Below are positions 40,578-49,773 of a DNA stretch of 64,000 nt, piece after piece; within the stretch, counting starts at the first letter, position 1; each line of letters begins with the position of its first letter. The stretch lies in the sequence record NC_055733.1; one strand, given 5' to 3'. The translations under genes were made by a program, and so were the position numbers. The notes under the pieces were generated by a model. The model searched no databases, was not told the origin of the DNA, and was given only the letters and a program-made list of their open reading frames with translations.

Positions 40578-40582
40578 GAATT

Positions 40583-40667
40583 TGGTGGGAATAGTGGGAG
40601 TCGAACCCACACGACTTTCGTCAACAAGGTTTGAGCTTGTCCTGTATGCCTGTTCCAGCATATTCCC
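40583..40667 (-). tRNA. trnL: tRNA-Leu(CAA)
   Basis: ACAAG-CTCAAAC-CTTGT, long variable arm, CCA. Confidence 0.92.
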
Positions 40668-40759
40668 AAAAATAATGCGCGTCCGGAACTCTCTTGTGTA
40701 CATTGGACTTTATGAGTGTCAGTTCCGACGCGACTTTTTCTTTTGTGTAAAACACATTG

Positions 40760-40861
40760 CCGAGGATACTGGATTCGAACCAGTGACCCACTGCTTCTTC
40801 TGTACTCTCGTTGGAAAGCACAGGAGAAGGCAGTTGTTCTATCCCACTGAACTAATCCCCG
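40760..40861 (-). tRNA. tRNA-Arg(TCT)-like gene with a 28-nt insertion in the anticodon loop
   Basis: Canonical acceptor, D and T arms; ACTGC-CTTCT-[28 nt]-AA-GCAGT. Confidence 0.8.
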
Positions 40862-40885
40862 TCAATGTGTTCTAATAGACTGGAA

Positions 40886-41380
40886 TCAAGGACTCCAGTC
40901 AAAATTTAAATCTTCCATGTATTCTTCGAGTATACATAGCTTGTAATCGATTGTAAAGCTTTTTGGCAAAACAAAATCAGGACCAACATCATAACTAGCG
41001 GTAATGTGTGGATGATAGTCAGGATAATCATGAGTTGCACCATGTTTCTCTCTGATCTCTTTGTGTCTAGCACCGAACCATGGGTCGGTGAGCTTCAACA
41101 CCAAAGCACGTTTGCCGCTTTGAGTTTCAAAGATATCAGGTATCATGACACCTTGCAACACTTTATCGATCTTACCACTTGCCTGAAACTCAGGCAAGTA
41201 TTTTCTTGAGTAGATCAAGGTAGTGTGTAGCTTATCATAGGGGACAAGATTAGGTATCCCCATTTCCCTACATCTTCGAACAATTGCCATTGCAGTGCGC
41301 GGCTTGTAACGTACTGCTACATAAGTGCCGCGCGTGTCTTGCTTATTCGCTTCTGTGAATTCAGAAAACGACTTTAACAT
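40886..41380 (-). CDS. 57B: gp57B / Acb1-family 2H phosphoesterase (anti-CBASS nuclease family)
   Basis: Two HxT motifs (LHTTL, PHITASY) and position next to 57A. Confidence 0.88.
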   Translation of the reverse strand: MLKSFSEFTEANKQDTRGTYVAVRYKPRTAMAIVRRCREMGIPNLVPYDKLHTTLIYSRKYLPEFQASGKIDKVLQGVMIPDIFETQSGKRALVLKLTDPWFGARHKEIREKHGATHDYPDYHPHITASYDVGPDFVLPKSFTIDYKLCILEEYMEDLNFDWSP

Positions 41381-41613
41381 TACTCGGTTACCAGCTCGCC
41401 GTCAACTGCTTTCGGAGCTTTCAGTTCAGCGATTGCTTTCAGATAAGCTTCTGGTTGAGTAGCAGCTTCGCCTTCCAGGCCCAGTTCTTTAGCCAGTTGA
41501 GCAAAGAAACCCTGATAGAATTCAGTTTCTTGGGTGCGAGCTTCTTGAGCATCAAACAGACGAACTTTGAGAGTGTTCAGTTGTGCTTGCAGTTGTTGAA
41601 CTTGTTCTTGCAT
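41380..41613 (-). CDS. 57A: Tail-fibre assembly chaperone gp57A
   Basis: Coiled coil with LKVRLFDAQE; synteny. Confidence 0.85.
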   Translation of the reverse strand: MQEQVQQLQAQLNTLKVRLFDAQEARTQETEFYQGFFAQLAKELGLEGEAATQPEAYLKAIAELKAPKAVDGELVTE

Positions 41614-42263
41614 TTCAATTCCTTATAAGTGTTTAAGACATCATAACGGAAGCTATCTAATGTGCTATCGTTATGAATAATTGGTTCATGTTCTAACGGA
41701 GTCAGACCCCGCTCTGTGATATGATTATCACACATTTTTGTGTCGCGATAAACAAAGAACATTAATCCGTGTTTTCGCACGTATTCGATTTCGTGTTCTT
41801 GTCTAATGTCCGGAATAACAACATCGAGTCCCCAAACGCGGACTTCCGATTCAATGCACTTGATCCAATAATCGCGATCAACACGATCAACGATAATATC
41901 GGTACCTAGCAACTGCATCATCCGTCGCATTGTAATAGGACGTTCAACGTCGAGTCCGATTATAATGTTATTTAGTACGTCAGATTGGTCATTGCTGAAT
42001 TTGATATAGGTATCATTGAGATATTTTATTGCTTCAAGCCAGAATTGGCGAGTAAGCTTAAACTCAACAACGTCTCTATCTTTTCCTTTGCCGTCAATAT
42101 CAGCGTAGCTAAATCCAGCACAGGTTTTCATTGAAGCAAATTCCAATGCCCGTTTTATAGGAGTAGCAAGCGAACAAACGGTGATTGAGTTGTCATATTC
42201 CGCAATGAATTTAGCAGCGGTATCTTTACCGCTGCGCTTTTTACCATGAATACCGAATATCAT
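41577..42263 (-). CDS. 1: dNMP kinase gp1
   Basis: GKKRSGKDTAA, RRMMQLLGTD, PDIRQEHE and HITERG. Confidence 0.92.
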   Translation of the reverse strand: MIFGIHGKKRSGKDTAAKFIAEYDNSITVCSLATPIKRALEFASMKTCAGFSYADIDGKGKDRDVVEFKLTRQFWLEAIKYLNDTYIKFSNDQSDVLNNIIIGLDVERPITMRRMMQLLGTDIIVDRVDRDYWIKCIESEVRVWGLDVVIPDIRQEHEIEYVRKHGLMFFVYRDTKMCDNHITERGLTPLEHEPIIHNDSTLDSFRYDVLNTYKELKCKNKFNNCKHN

Positions 42264-42271
42264 ACTGATCC

Positions 42272-42841
42272 TTATGTGTGGGAATAAAATGGATGCAAAG
42301 TAGGAGCACTGCCATTAGATCCGGCAACGTAAGGACGTATTTCCACACCGTCTTTTTCTATGACAAATGACTTATACATAAACTGAACGGGAAGAACGAT
42401 CGGACTATTAATTTCGTCGGTGTATGTAAACTCTACCTCACCTAAATTTGACGGCCAAGCGTCAATGAACTTGAATGTTAGAACGATTTTCTTCTTGGAG
42501 TTATCCAGAACGTGAAGTAGCAAAGTTCTAGGAACAGTGCCTTCGATTTGTGCAGTGCTGTTTAGCTTTGCATAGTCTACTACAGATAACATCCACTTGT
42601 AAACTTCCACATATGCACTTAATTCCTCATCAAGCAACACACGTATGTTAAGCGGCTCGAAATCAACAACAGTGCCTGGAAGTTTACCAGTTGTCATTGG
42701 GTTAATTGGTATTTCAATGGGGTTAATATTGATTCCAGGGATACCCAATCCCTGGACTGCCATCTCAAACGCAATTGTACCTCCAGAGTCTGGAATATCC
42801 AGTCGGAAGTTCGTTACGTGTGCTGGGTTACTATGTATCAT
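42272..42841 (-). CDS. 3: Tail tube terminator/completion protein gp3
   Basis: TNFRLDIPD, IPGI, FEPL..RVLLDEEL..Y.EVYKWM and F..AWPS.L.E.EF. Confidence 0.9.
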   Translation of the reverse strand: MIHSNPAHVTNFRLDIPDSGGTIAFEMAVQGLGIPGININPIEIPINPMTTGKLPGTVVDFEPLNIRVLLDEELSAYVEVYKWMLSVVDYAKLNSTAQIEGTVPRTLLLHVLDNSKKKIVLTFKFIDAWPSNLGEVEFTYTDEINSPIVLPVQFMYKSFVIEKDGVEIRPYVAGSNGSAPTLHPFYSHT

Positions 42842-44691
42842 CGATTTTGCATCCCGTATGGTGTTGAGTTTGAATATCCGTGATCTGACGGGAATCCAAA
42901 TGAGCTTGTGTAAATGCTGGTATTGTTGTTGTTAACGTTACTCGTCATTGCCATTTGTGCTCGCATCGCCGTTGCGTCGCGTTGTCTATCTCGTTCTTTC
43001 TTTTCTGCCTCGGCTCGCTTCAAATTCTCTCCACTAGCTTCAACGGCAGCACTTTCTGGTGCCATACCACTTTGAATATTAGCAACAGGAGATAGTTTCT
43101 CTTTCAAAGCATCCCCGGCGCTGTTTACCATGTCAGAAACTTTACCGTCGGTAACATAGTCCGCAATATCGTAAAGATCGCTCAGTAGTAACGCGGTTCC
43201 GACAAACGGAATAAACTTAGTCGCAACTCTACCCACAACTTTAGCCGCTCCAGTCAATGCAGCTTTACCACCGATTTTTTCAAGGAAACCTTTTGTGCCC
43301 GCAGCAGCGGCTTTTTGTCCAGCTTTTCCTTCAATAGTCTCAGCAGCTTCACCAAGAGCTTTGCCAGATTTCATTTCAACATCAGGCGTTTTACCTGGCT
43401 CAATAGTCGGCTTAGGCTTACCGTTAATATCAACATCAACGTTTGGTCTAGGCTTACCCTTCGAATCAACATCTGGTTTTGGCTTTTTGCCGTCGGCGTC
43501 AACATCCGGTCTATGCTTTTTGCCGTCAACATCGATATCGGGCTTCGGCTTTTTAAATCCAGGGAAAGCTTTCTCAAACATTGAGCCAAGCGACGATTTA
43601 ATCGCAGACGCAAATTTAGCAGCTAATCCACCAAGAGTCGTGATCAATAATCCGAATCGCGAGAATAGTCCTGTACCAAGACTTGCTAATCCTCCAAGTA
43701 AGCCACCGAACATCTTCATGATGCCACCAATCAACAGCATTTTGCCCAGATCTTTCAGTGTGCTGATTAGTGTCTTGTGACGCTTGTCGTTTTCTCCTCG
43801 CTCTTTCCTATTCTCACCTCTCTCCTGACGCTGCTCTTGACTCTCTTTTTTGGATTGTTCTTCCGCATTAACATCTTCGCCAGTTTCAACTTCGCGAGAA
43901 GATTGGAATTTACTAATCTCTTTTTCTCTCAGTCGCTCAAATCTATTTTCCTTGAGCTTTTCAATTCCTCTACTACCAACGTCCTTGATAAATTTAGAAC
44001 CTTTACTAGCGACTGTATTCACCGCAGATCGAGCCATGCCGTATCCAGGAATATCTTTAAACACAGCAGATTCAACTCCACTGACCATTTGACTAAACGC
44101 ACCTGACGCCGTTTCATGAATAGTGGAAAGAGTATTCTTGACAAGGGATTCAGCGGACTTGCGAATAAATCCTTTATTTTCTTCTCGCTCCTGCTTGTCT
44201 GCTTTCTTCTTGTCCTCATACTCCTTGCGACTTGTTAAACCTTTCTCTTTCAGGAACTTTTTCAGCTCCGCATCAACGTCCGGTTTTGTTTCCGGCGTCG
44301 GTGATGGACTAGGTGCGTCTCCGGCTGGAATATCAGTCTGCGCGGCAGCATTAGCCGCTTGTTCAGAATATCGAATAATAGGACTCTGACTCGATATTTT
44401 ATTTTCCAACTCTGTTCTTCGCTGTAATGCCTTCTGATATTCGTCCTCAATTTGAGAACTATTTCGTTGAGCGTAGGCAACCGTGTCCATATATTCAGTG
44501 GCGCGTTCAGTTGCCTTTACTTTAGACGAAATAGACTTAACAAGCGAGTCCTCGGCTTTCGCAACGTCGAGACTAGAATCGGTAGTCATATCAAATGCCG
44601 TTTCCAGATCCCTCGCTTGTTTTCGGGTATCATCAAGTTGCACAGCGAGCTTTAAACTAGAGTCTTCCAGTATTTCGTTTGTTTCTTTCAC
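42838..44691 (-). CDS. 29: Tape-measure / baseplate hub protein gp29-like
   Basis: Helical Ala/Gly/Lys-rich protein with hydrophobic segments and P-D-V-D-x-x-G-K repeats (~43380-43560); next to 51/26. Confidence 0.7.
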   Translation of the reverse strand: MKETNEILEDSSLKLAVQLDDTRKQARDLETAFDMTTDSSLDVAKAEDSLVKSISSKVKATERATEYMDTVAYAQRNSSQIEDEYQKALQRRTELENKISSQSPIIRYSEQAANAAAQTDIPAGDAPSPSPTPETKPDVDAELKKFLKEKGLTSRKEYEDKKKADKQEREENKGFIRKSAESLVKNTLSTIHETASGAFSQMVSGVESAVFKDIPGYGMARSAVNTVASKGSKFIKDVGSRGIEKLKENRFERLREKEISKFQSSREVETGEDVNAEEQSKKESQEQRQERGENRKERGENDKRHKTLISTLKDLGKMLLIGGIMKMFGGLLGGLASLGTGLFSRFGLLITTLGGLAAKFASAIKSSLGSMFEKAFPGFKKPKPDIDVDGKKHRPDVDADGKKPKPDVDSKGKPRPNVDVDINGKPKPTIEPGKTPDVEMKSGKALGEAAETIEGKAGQKAAAAGTKGFLEKIGGKAALTGAAKVVGRVATKFIPFVGTALLLSDLYDIADYVTDGKVSDMVNSAGDALKEKLSPVANIQSGMAPESAAVEASGENLKRAEAEKKERDRQRDATAMRAQMAMTSNVNNNNTSIYTSSFGFPSDHGYSNSTPYGMQNR

Positions 44692-44852
44692 GACTCACTA
44701 GCCTCCTTAGCTCGTTTATTTCTGTCATTAATGAATAGAGTACGATATATGGCACGTTCGAAGGGAGTTGTAGTTTCCAACTCTTCAATCGACCAACCCT
44801 CTTTGTGCATTTCGTAATTTACGTTGAATAAATCGTAAACCGAATCATTCAC
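44688..44852 (-). CDS. 51: gp51-like C-terminal ORF (54 aa; not in the ORF track)
   Basis: Reads NDSVYDLFNVNYEMHKEGWSIEELETTTPFERAIY; it lies in the -1 frame of gene 26 and its stop overlaps the gp29 start (GTGA). Confidence 0.7.
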   Translation of the reverse strand: MNDSVYDLFNVNYEMHKEGWSIEELETTTPFERAIYRTLFINDRNKRAKEASES

Positions 44853-44857
44853 GAGGG

Positions 44858-45634
44858 TCAGTCGAAAAAATCGGATAGCCCTCTCAGTGTAACGGGTTCA
44901 GCATGTCCGCAATGAGGACATTTTACTGCCAAGTCAAGAGTCGTTTGTGGAATATCATTAACAAACTTAGCCATTTTCTCATAGCCGTCTTTGTCCAAAT
45001 AATCCAATAGTTCGATCAACTCTTCATGTTGAATATCTTCTCCGACTTTCATAACATCGCCGTTAAGATGAACTTCCTGAACACAACGCATAGTGATATC
45101 AAACAAATCGGATTCTTTTTCTACGTCAAAGAATTCAGATTCATATACAGTCGGATAACGCATCTTGATAGAAAGCTTATCGTTGATCTTAATCATACTT
45201 TCCGGGACTCTTGACAACTTCGCACGACGCAGATCCGCATTTACCTTGATCTGAGTTGAGCACTGACGTTTAGCCGGTTCATCGCCAATCATTACGGGAT
45301 TACCCTCTTCGTCCAAAGCGTCGATCATATTCTGACAAATAAACGACACAGGAACGACTGACGTACCCTTGGAGAGCTTCCACACTGCTAGATAGATAGT
45401 CTCTATGTCAAAGATCGGAAGCGTCTCCAAATCGATTCCAGACGTATCAATCACGCAGTTTTTCAGAATTTGGATCATAGCGTCTTCCATAGGAGAGCCA
45501 CTTTCATGAGCCAACATCAAAATTTTATATTCTTTCACCAAGAAAGCACGAACTCGAACTTTCTTTCCACTAGACAGCTTGACGCTCGATTGTTGAACAG
45601 CTTCAAGAAGCATGTCCCTTGTAAACTTTGCCAT
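44858..45634 (-). CDS. 26: Baseplate hub assembly protein gp26
   Basis: VRAFLVKEYK, MRYP, CPHCG...RGLSDFF; canonical TATAAATA late promoter at 45657..45664. Confidence 0.88.
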   Translation of the reverse strand: MAKFTRDMLLEAVQQSSVKLSSGKKVRVRAFLVKEYKILMLAHESGSPMEDAMIQILKNCVIDTSGIDLETLPIFDIETIYLAVWKLSKGTSVVPVSFICQNMIDALDEEGNPVMIGDEPAKRQCSTQIKVNADLRRAKLSRVPESMIKINDKLSIKMRYPTVYESEFFDVEKESDLFDITMRCVQEVHLNGDVMKVGEDIQHEELIELLDYLDKDGYEKMAKFVNDIPQTTLDLAVKCPHCGHAEPVTLRGLSDFFD

Positions 45635-45789
45635 TTAAAAACTCCTTATTTGTTCTTATTTATAGAAACGCTCGTAAACTTCACCAAACAACTGGTGAAG
45701 CGTTTCGACTCAATATGAGTATGAACGTATCAACTCACCAATGAATCGATTATAGAGCATTCCAACGAGATAGTAATCAAGTCGAGATA

Positions 45790-46118
45790 GTCGATAGACT
45801 GCGGCGTAGCCGCTAGATTGTTACTACCTTGTTATAAAAAGACAAAATAAAATCTCTTATAGATCTTTAATGAGAATCTATTTTGTCTTCTTCAATGAAA
45901 TCAATGAGTTAGCTCACTACGTTCGCAATCTTGCGATCATCGATTTCTGGAAGAGTATAGTATTTGAACTAATGTAAACCGTCGATAGACCGCGGCGTAG
46001 CCGCTCGCTATTTGATCAAAGACAAAATAAAATCTCTTATAAATCTTTAATGAGAATCTATTTTGTCTTCTTCAATGAAATCAATGAGTTAGCTCACTAC
46101 GTTCGCAATCTGACGATC
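45790..46118. repeat. Tandem copies 2 and 3 (180-bp period) of the palindromic element
   Basis: Cores AAAGACAAAATAAAATCTCTTAT...CTATTTTGTCTTC start at 45838 and 46018, each preceded by GCGGCGTAGCCGC and followed by AATCAATGAGTTAGCTCACTACGTTCGCAATCT. Confidence 0.92.
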
Positions 46119-46153
46119 AATGTTTACTGGATAGTATTGCAATCATATAATGA

Positions 46154-47141
46154 TTATGCATTCCTGATTCCACGTACCATTTGTTTAGTTCTGTTATAGA
46201 ACGACTCTACGGAGTTGATCAAGTTATCTTTACCGGCATGTTCAGCATGAATCATTGTGCTAACGGTAAATTCTACCTCGAACGTCGCTACCTGATTATT
46301 GTTTTCGTAATCCAGTTGAACTTCGCCAACTCGAACTGGAAAACACCCGTCACTATGAACAACGGAAGTCATTACTCCGCGTCTGTTTAAAGTCACGATA
46401 TCAATGTCCCGAGCGTAATTGCTATAAAAGCCGAATGTACCTTCTTGGATTATGAATCGAGTTCATCCAAGTTAGGAACCAAATACGTTCCGCGTAATCG
46501 GAAGAGCAATAGAATGTCATTCTGATCGGATCAACCGTTCTATTTCGAACTTCGGTAAACGGCTTTCTTTCGTTGTAGTTTGATTGTGTATCAAAGCTAA
46601 CACCAGGCAAGCTTACCGATTTTACCATAAGCGCCAGATCTCTGTTTACGTCATAATCAGACCCCAAGAATCCGTCAAGCAGTTCACCTGCACCCGGAAT
46701 CATTCTCACTAGAGTTGGGTCAATCGCGCCCATAATATTTTTGATCTTCGGACTCAATAACTTTTTGCCCTGATTCATCGCGATATCTTGAATACGATGC
46801 CAACTAAAATTTGTTCCTCCGAAGAATCCACCAGTTGATTTGTTAATCGCATCGCCAATTCCACCAATAGTCTCGCCCAGTGGACCCAAATGTCCCAAAA
46901 TGCCGTCAGCGGAAGCAACGGATTTAAAATCACCAAATCGAACAAGAAACGTATTCGATCTTGCTAAATCTTTATTTTCAATCACTCGCATAAAACGCGC
47001 AAAGTCCGGAGTAGAATTCGGATCATCTGCTAATTTATCCGCAATATAATCAATACCGTCAGATAATGCCGTACTCGCCATTCCAGGAATTTTACCCGGA
47101 ATCTCTTTAATATAATTCGCGGCTGTATCTAATAAGCCCAT
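46154..47141 (-). CDS. 54: Baseplate-tail tube initiator gp54 (frameshifted near 46440)
   Basis: KDLARSN.F.V, MVKSVSLPG, R.VDPIRMTF; continues in another frame as GTFGFYSNYARDIDI...FPVRVGEVQLDYE.NNQVATFEVEF. Confidence 0.85.
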
Positions 47142-47190
47142 TATAAACTCCTTTAGTAAAAAGGCGGCATTCGCCGCCTTGTGTAAATTA

Positions 47191-48189
47191 TTAATAGCCC
47201 TTCCAGACTTTCTGTGCACCAAACGATTTGCTCTGAGGACCAGAAACAAATTTTTGGAAAGGTAAGAAGCAAACATTCACCCAGTCTTGTGGCTTGATCT
47301 CAATCATACCACCTTTAATTCGCTGAGGAATATATGCCTTGATCATATGCTCGGCACCACGCATTGATTTAACTTTGTCCCAGTTAATCTTCAACGAAGT
47401 TTTGTTGGTAATGCGATCTGTACTTGCATATTTCAACAACTCTTCCAAAAAGTCCTTACGTGCTTTCGGCGGAATATAGTGCAAGTTCAAGCCCATCATT
47501 AATCCTGGATATCTCAAACTCGGACCAAGATAAACAATAAGCGGATACACGTCCCAATATGGCAGAGTGTCTTTATGCTTCGCGTCATATATGTAGGTAT
47601 ACAGTTTGCCAATCTGTGGCTTATTCGGCCTGAATCCACGAACGTTCTTTTTGATAATATCAGTAAACCACTCGTTGGATTTCTTCTCGTTCTTTTGAAC
47701 GCTATCCCGAGTTCTTAGCTTCACCTGGGCATTGAAATCCTGTTTCAGCAAATCATATTTCTGTTTTGCCGTCAACTTGGACTTATTCCTCATACTATCT
47801 TCCAGATTCTTCTTGATGATGATATCATCCCTGAATTTTCTGAAAGCACGACTCATGGTTTCTTTATTAAGATTCTTATCATCTGCGAATTGGGAGATTG
47901 TGATTCCTTTCTCCTTTGCTCTTAGATAAGCCACACCAAGCTCTACCCATTGCGCTTTATTCTTATTTGGATTAATCGCGCTGTAATATTCCTTGATATC
48001 GTCTTTATAACGACGCATAGCACGACCAAACGTTTCGTATTTAAGTCCGTTATCGTCTGCGAACTTCTTTACCGTTAAGCTTGGATTCTTTTTCTTTGCG
48101 TCAAGAAAACGGACACCTATATCAATCCAGGCTTTCTTATTACGCTTTTCAGCCGGAGTTTCCGGAATCTGAACTTCCTCAAATATCAT
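47191..48189 (-). CDS. 2: DNA end-protector protein gp2 with a duplicated N-terminal HTH-like repeat
   Basis: PQIGKLYTYIYDAKHKDTLPYWD.YPLI, GLNLHYIPPKAR and HMIKAYI. Confidence 0.92.
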   Translation of the reverse strand: MIFEEVQIPETPAEKRNKKAWIDIGVRFLDAKKKNPSLTVKKFADDNGLKYETFGRAMRRYKDDIKEYYSAINPNKNKAQWVELGVAYLRAKEKGITISQFADDKNLNKETMSRAFRKFRDDIIIKKNLEDSMRNKSKLTAKQKYDLLKQDFNAQVKLRTRDSVQKNEKKSNEWFTDIIKKNVRGFRPNKPQIGKLYTYIYDAKHKDTLPYWDVYPLIVYLGPSLRYPGLMMGLNLHYIPPKARKDFLEELLKYASTDRITNKTSLKINWDKVKSMRGAEHMIKAYIPQRIKGGMIEIKPQDWVNVCFLPFQKFVSGPQSKSFGAQKVWKGY

Positions 48190-48649
48190 CTTTCACCCCT
48201 TTGAATCCCATTCGTTTCAAGGTATCTTCTGTGATTATATTAAATCTCCAACCTTTTTGCTCGCATATTTTAATCGCGGCTTTCCACTTTGATGTATTAA
48301 CACCCCAAGTATATACTTCCTGTGCAAATCGTTTCTTTGCCGCTGCCGTATTTCTAGTTGGCATTTGTGGAGGCATTGTCTCTTTTCGAGGCTTTACTTC
48401 CCAGAGTGAAATATCTCCGTTTTTCCAGCATACAGTCATGTCCATGAAGTATCTTCTTTTCTTACCGTCTGCTTCTGAGAAATAAGGAATTACAGTTTCC
48501 TCTGAATTCCACCACTTGACTTCTGGGTTTCTGTCAAGCATTTTCATGATGAAAAGTTCCCAGCTACTGCGATACGTTATTTTTGAGGCATCGCCTCTAT
48601 ATTTTTCTTTGTTTTCAGGCACAAACTTGCCTTTATATGTTTCTGCCAT
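48179..48649 (-). CDS. 4: Head completion nuclease gp4
   Basis: YKGKF.PEN.EKYRGD..KITYRSSWE, WNSEE..IPY, RRYFMD, EVKP..ET.PP. Confidence 0.95.
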   Translation of the reverse strand: MAETYKGKFVPENKEKYRGDASKITYRSSWELFIMKMLDRNPEVKWWNSEETVIPYFSEADGKKRRYFMDMTVCWKNGDISLWEVKPRKETMPPQMPTRNTAAAKKRFAQEVYTWGVNTSKWKAAIKICEQKGWRFNIITEDTLKRMGFKGVKDDI

Positions 48650-48667
48650 AACTAACTCCTTTAACTG

Positions 48668-48681
48668 TATTTAGCTAAATA
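48668..48681. promoter_or_regulatory. Back-to-back late promoters for genes 4 and 48
   Basis: Perfect palindrome TATTTAGCTAAATA gives TAAATA on both strands. Confidence 0.75.
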
Positions 48682-48700
48682 ATCATAAAAGGAGCTTAAT

Positions 48701-49773
48701 ATGGCCAACAAAACAATCACTATGTTAAACAACGGTGTCAAGACGATTTCAGATGCCGCTGGTAAATTTATTGGTGAATTTCTTAGCTCGCCAAGTGGAG
48801 AGACAGGGATTCAAGCACTACAATATCCTCTCGCAATGAAGGGAGAGGCAGACAGACACAAGAACTACCTATGCTTTTATGCCGTTGATGCCGCCGCTCA
48901 AGGTTTGAGCAATGCAGATATTCAGACCCGAAGCTTGAATAGCGTTAGTGTAAGTTCAACGAGAAGACTATTGCCGTTATTCAGATGTATATGCCAAATC
49001 TTAATCAGAATATCGGTCACGAATACAGCGATAATGACGGTGGATTCTTGCAAGATATGATGATGAATTACGCTGGCTCTGCTGGCTCTGGACTTATTGA
49101 AACTGGTAAAGATCTGGGTGTGGCATTTGCGAAAACTGCGATTCAACAAGTAACTGTTAATTTGGGTAAAGCGACTCAACAATATAATGCGCAACTGAGT
49201 GGCAAGGTGTTGGGTAGCAGAAGCGCGAACATGTATAAAAATACATCTTTGCGATCACAGACGTTTCTATATAACTTGCGTCCAAAGAATCTGGCTGAAT
49301 TGAAAGAAGTTGGACAGATCATACGTGCGTTTCTGATTTATAGCTCTGCATCTGTTACAGGAACAACTTCTATCAACGAAATGGTGGGCAGTATTACTGG
49401 CGGATCAAACGCTCTTGGATCGATTGGTGCGGGTGGTGGTACTGAGAGTATCCAAGTTCTAAAAGTTCCTCCGCTGTGGTATCTTGAGGAGAGAGTTAAT
49501 AGCCAATCCGCATCGGCTGAAATCAGATACACTCCCAAGTTTGCAATGGGTCCGTGTGCGTTAACGAATATTAGAATCACAAGTACACCGGAACAGATTT
49601 ATAACTCATTCGAGGGAACAGCCGGTGACCCAATTGCTATTGATTTGGAACTAACATTCACCGAATTGCGTCCAGTGTTCAAAGAATATTGGGAAAGTCT
49701 GACAAAGAATTTGGGCTCACAAGATACCGGTCAATTCTTCTTTGGCTCATATGCAAGTAAGGAAAGCAAATAA
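48701..49773 (+). CDS. 48: Baseplate tail-tube cap gp48 (frameshifted near 48960)
   Basis: LQYP; R.Q.F..NLRPKN..E...V..II; P.L..IR...TP; IDLELTFTEL. The frames join as SST/EKTIAVIQMYMP. Confidence 0.82.

Noticed and set aside
40797-40824. Group I intron in tRNA-Arg
   Set aside because: 28 nt is far too short and has no P3-P7 core.
45790-46118. CRISPR array
   Set aside because: There are only two long ~140-bp units, not 25-45-bp repeats with unique spacers, and no cas genes.
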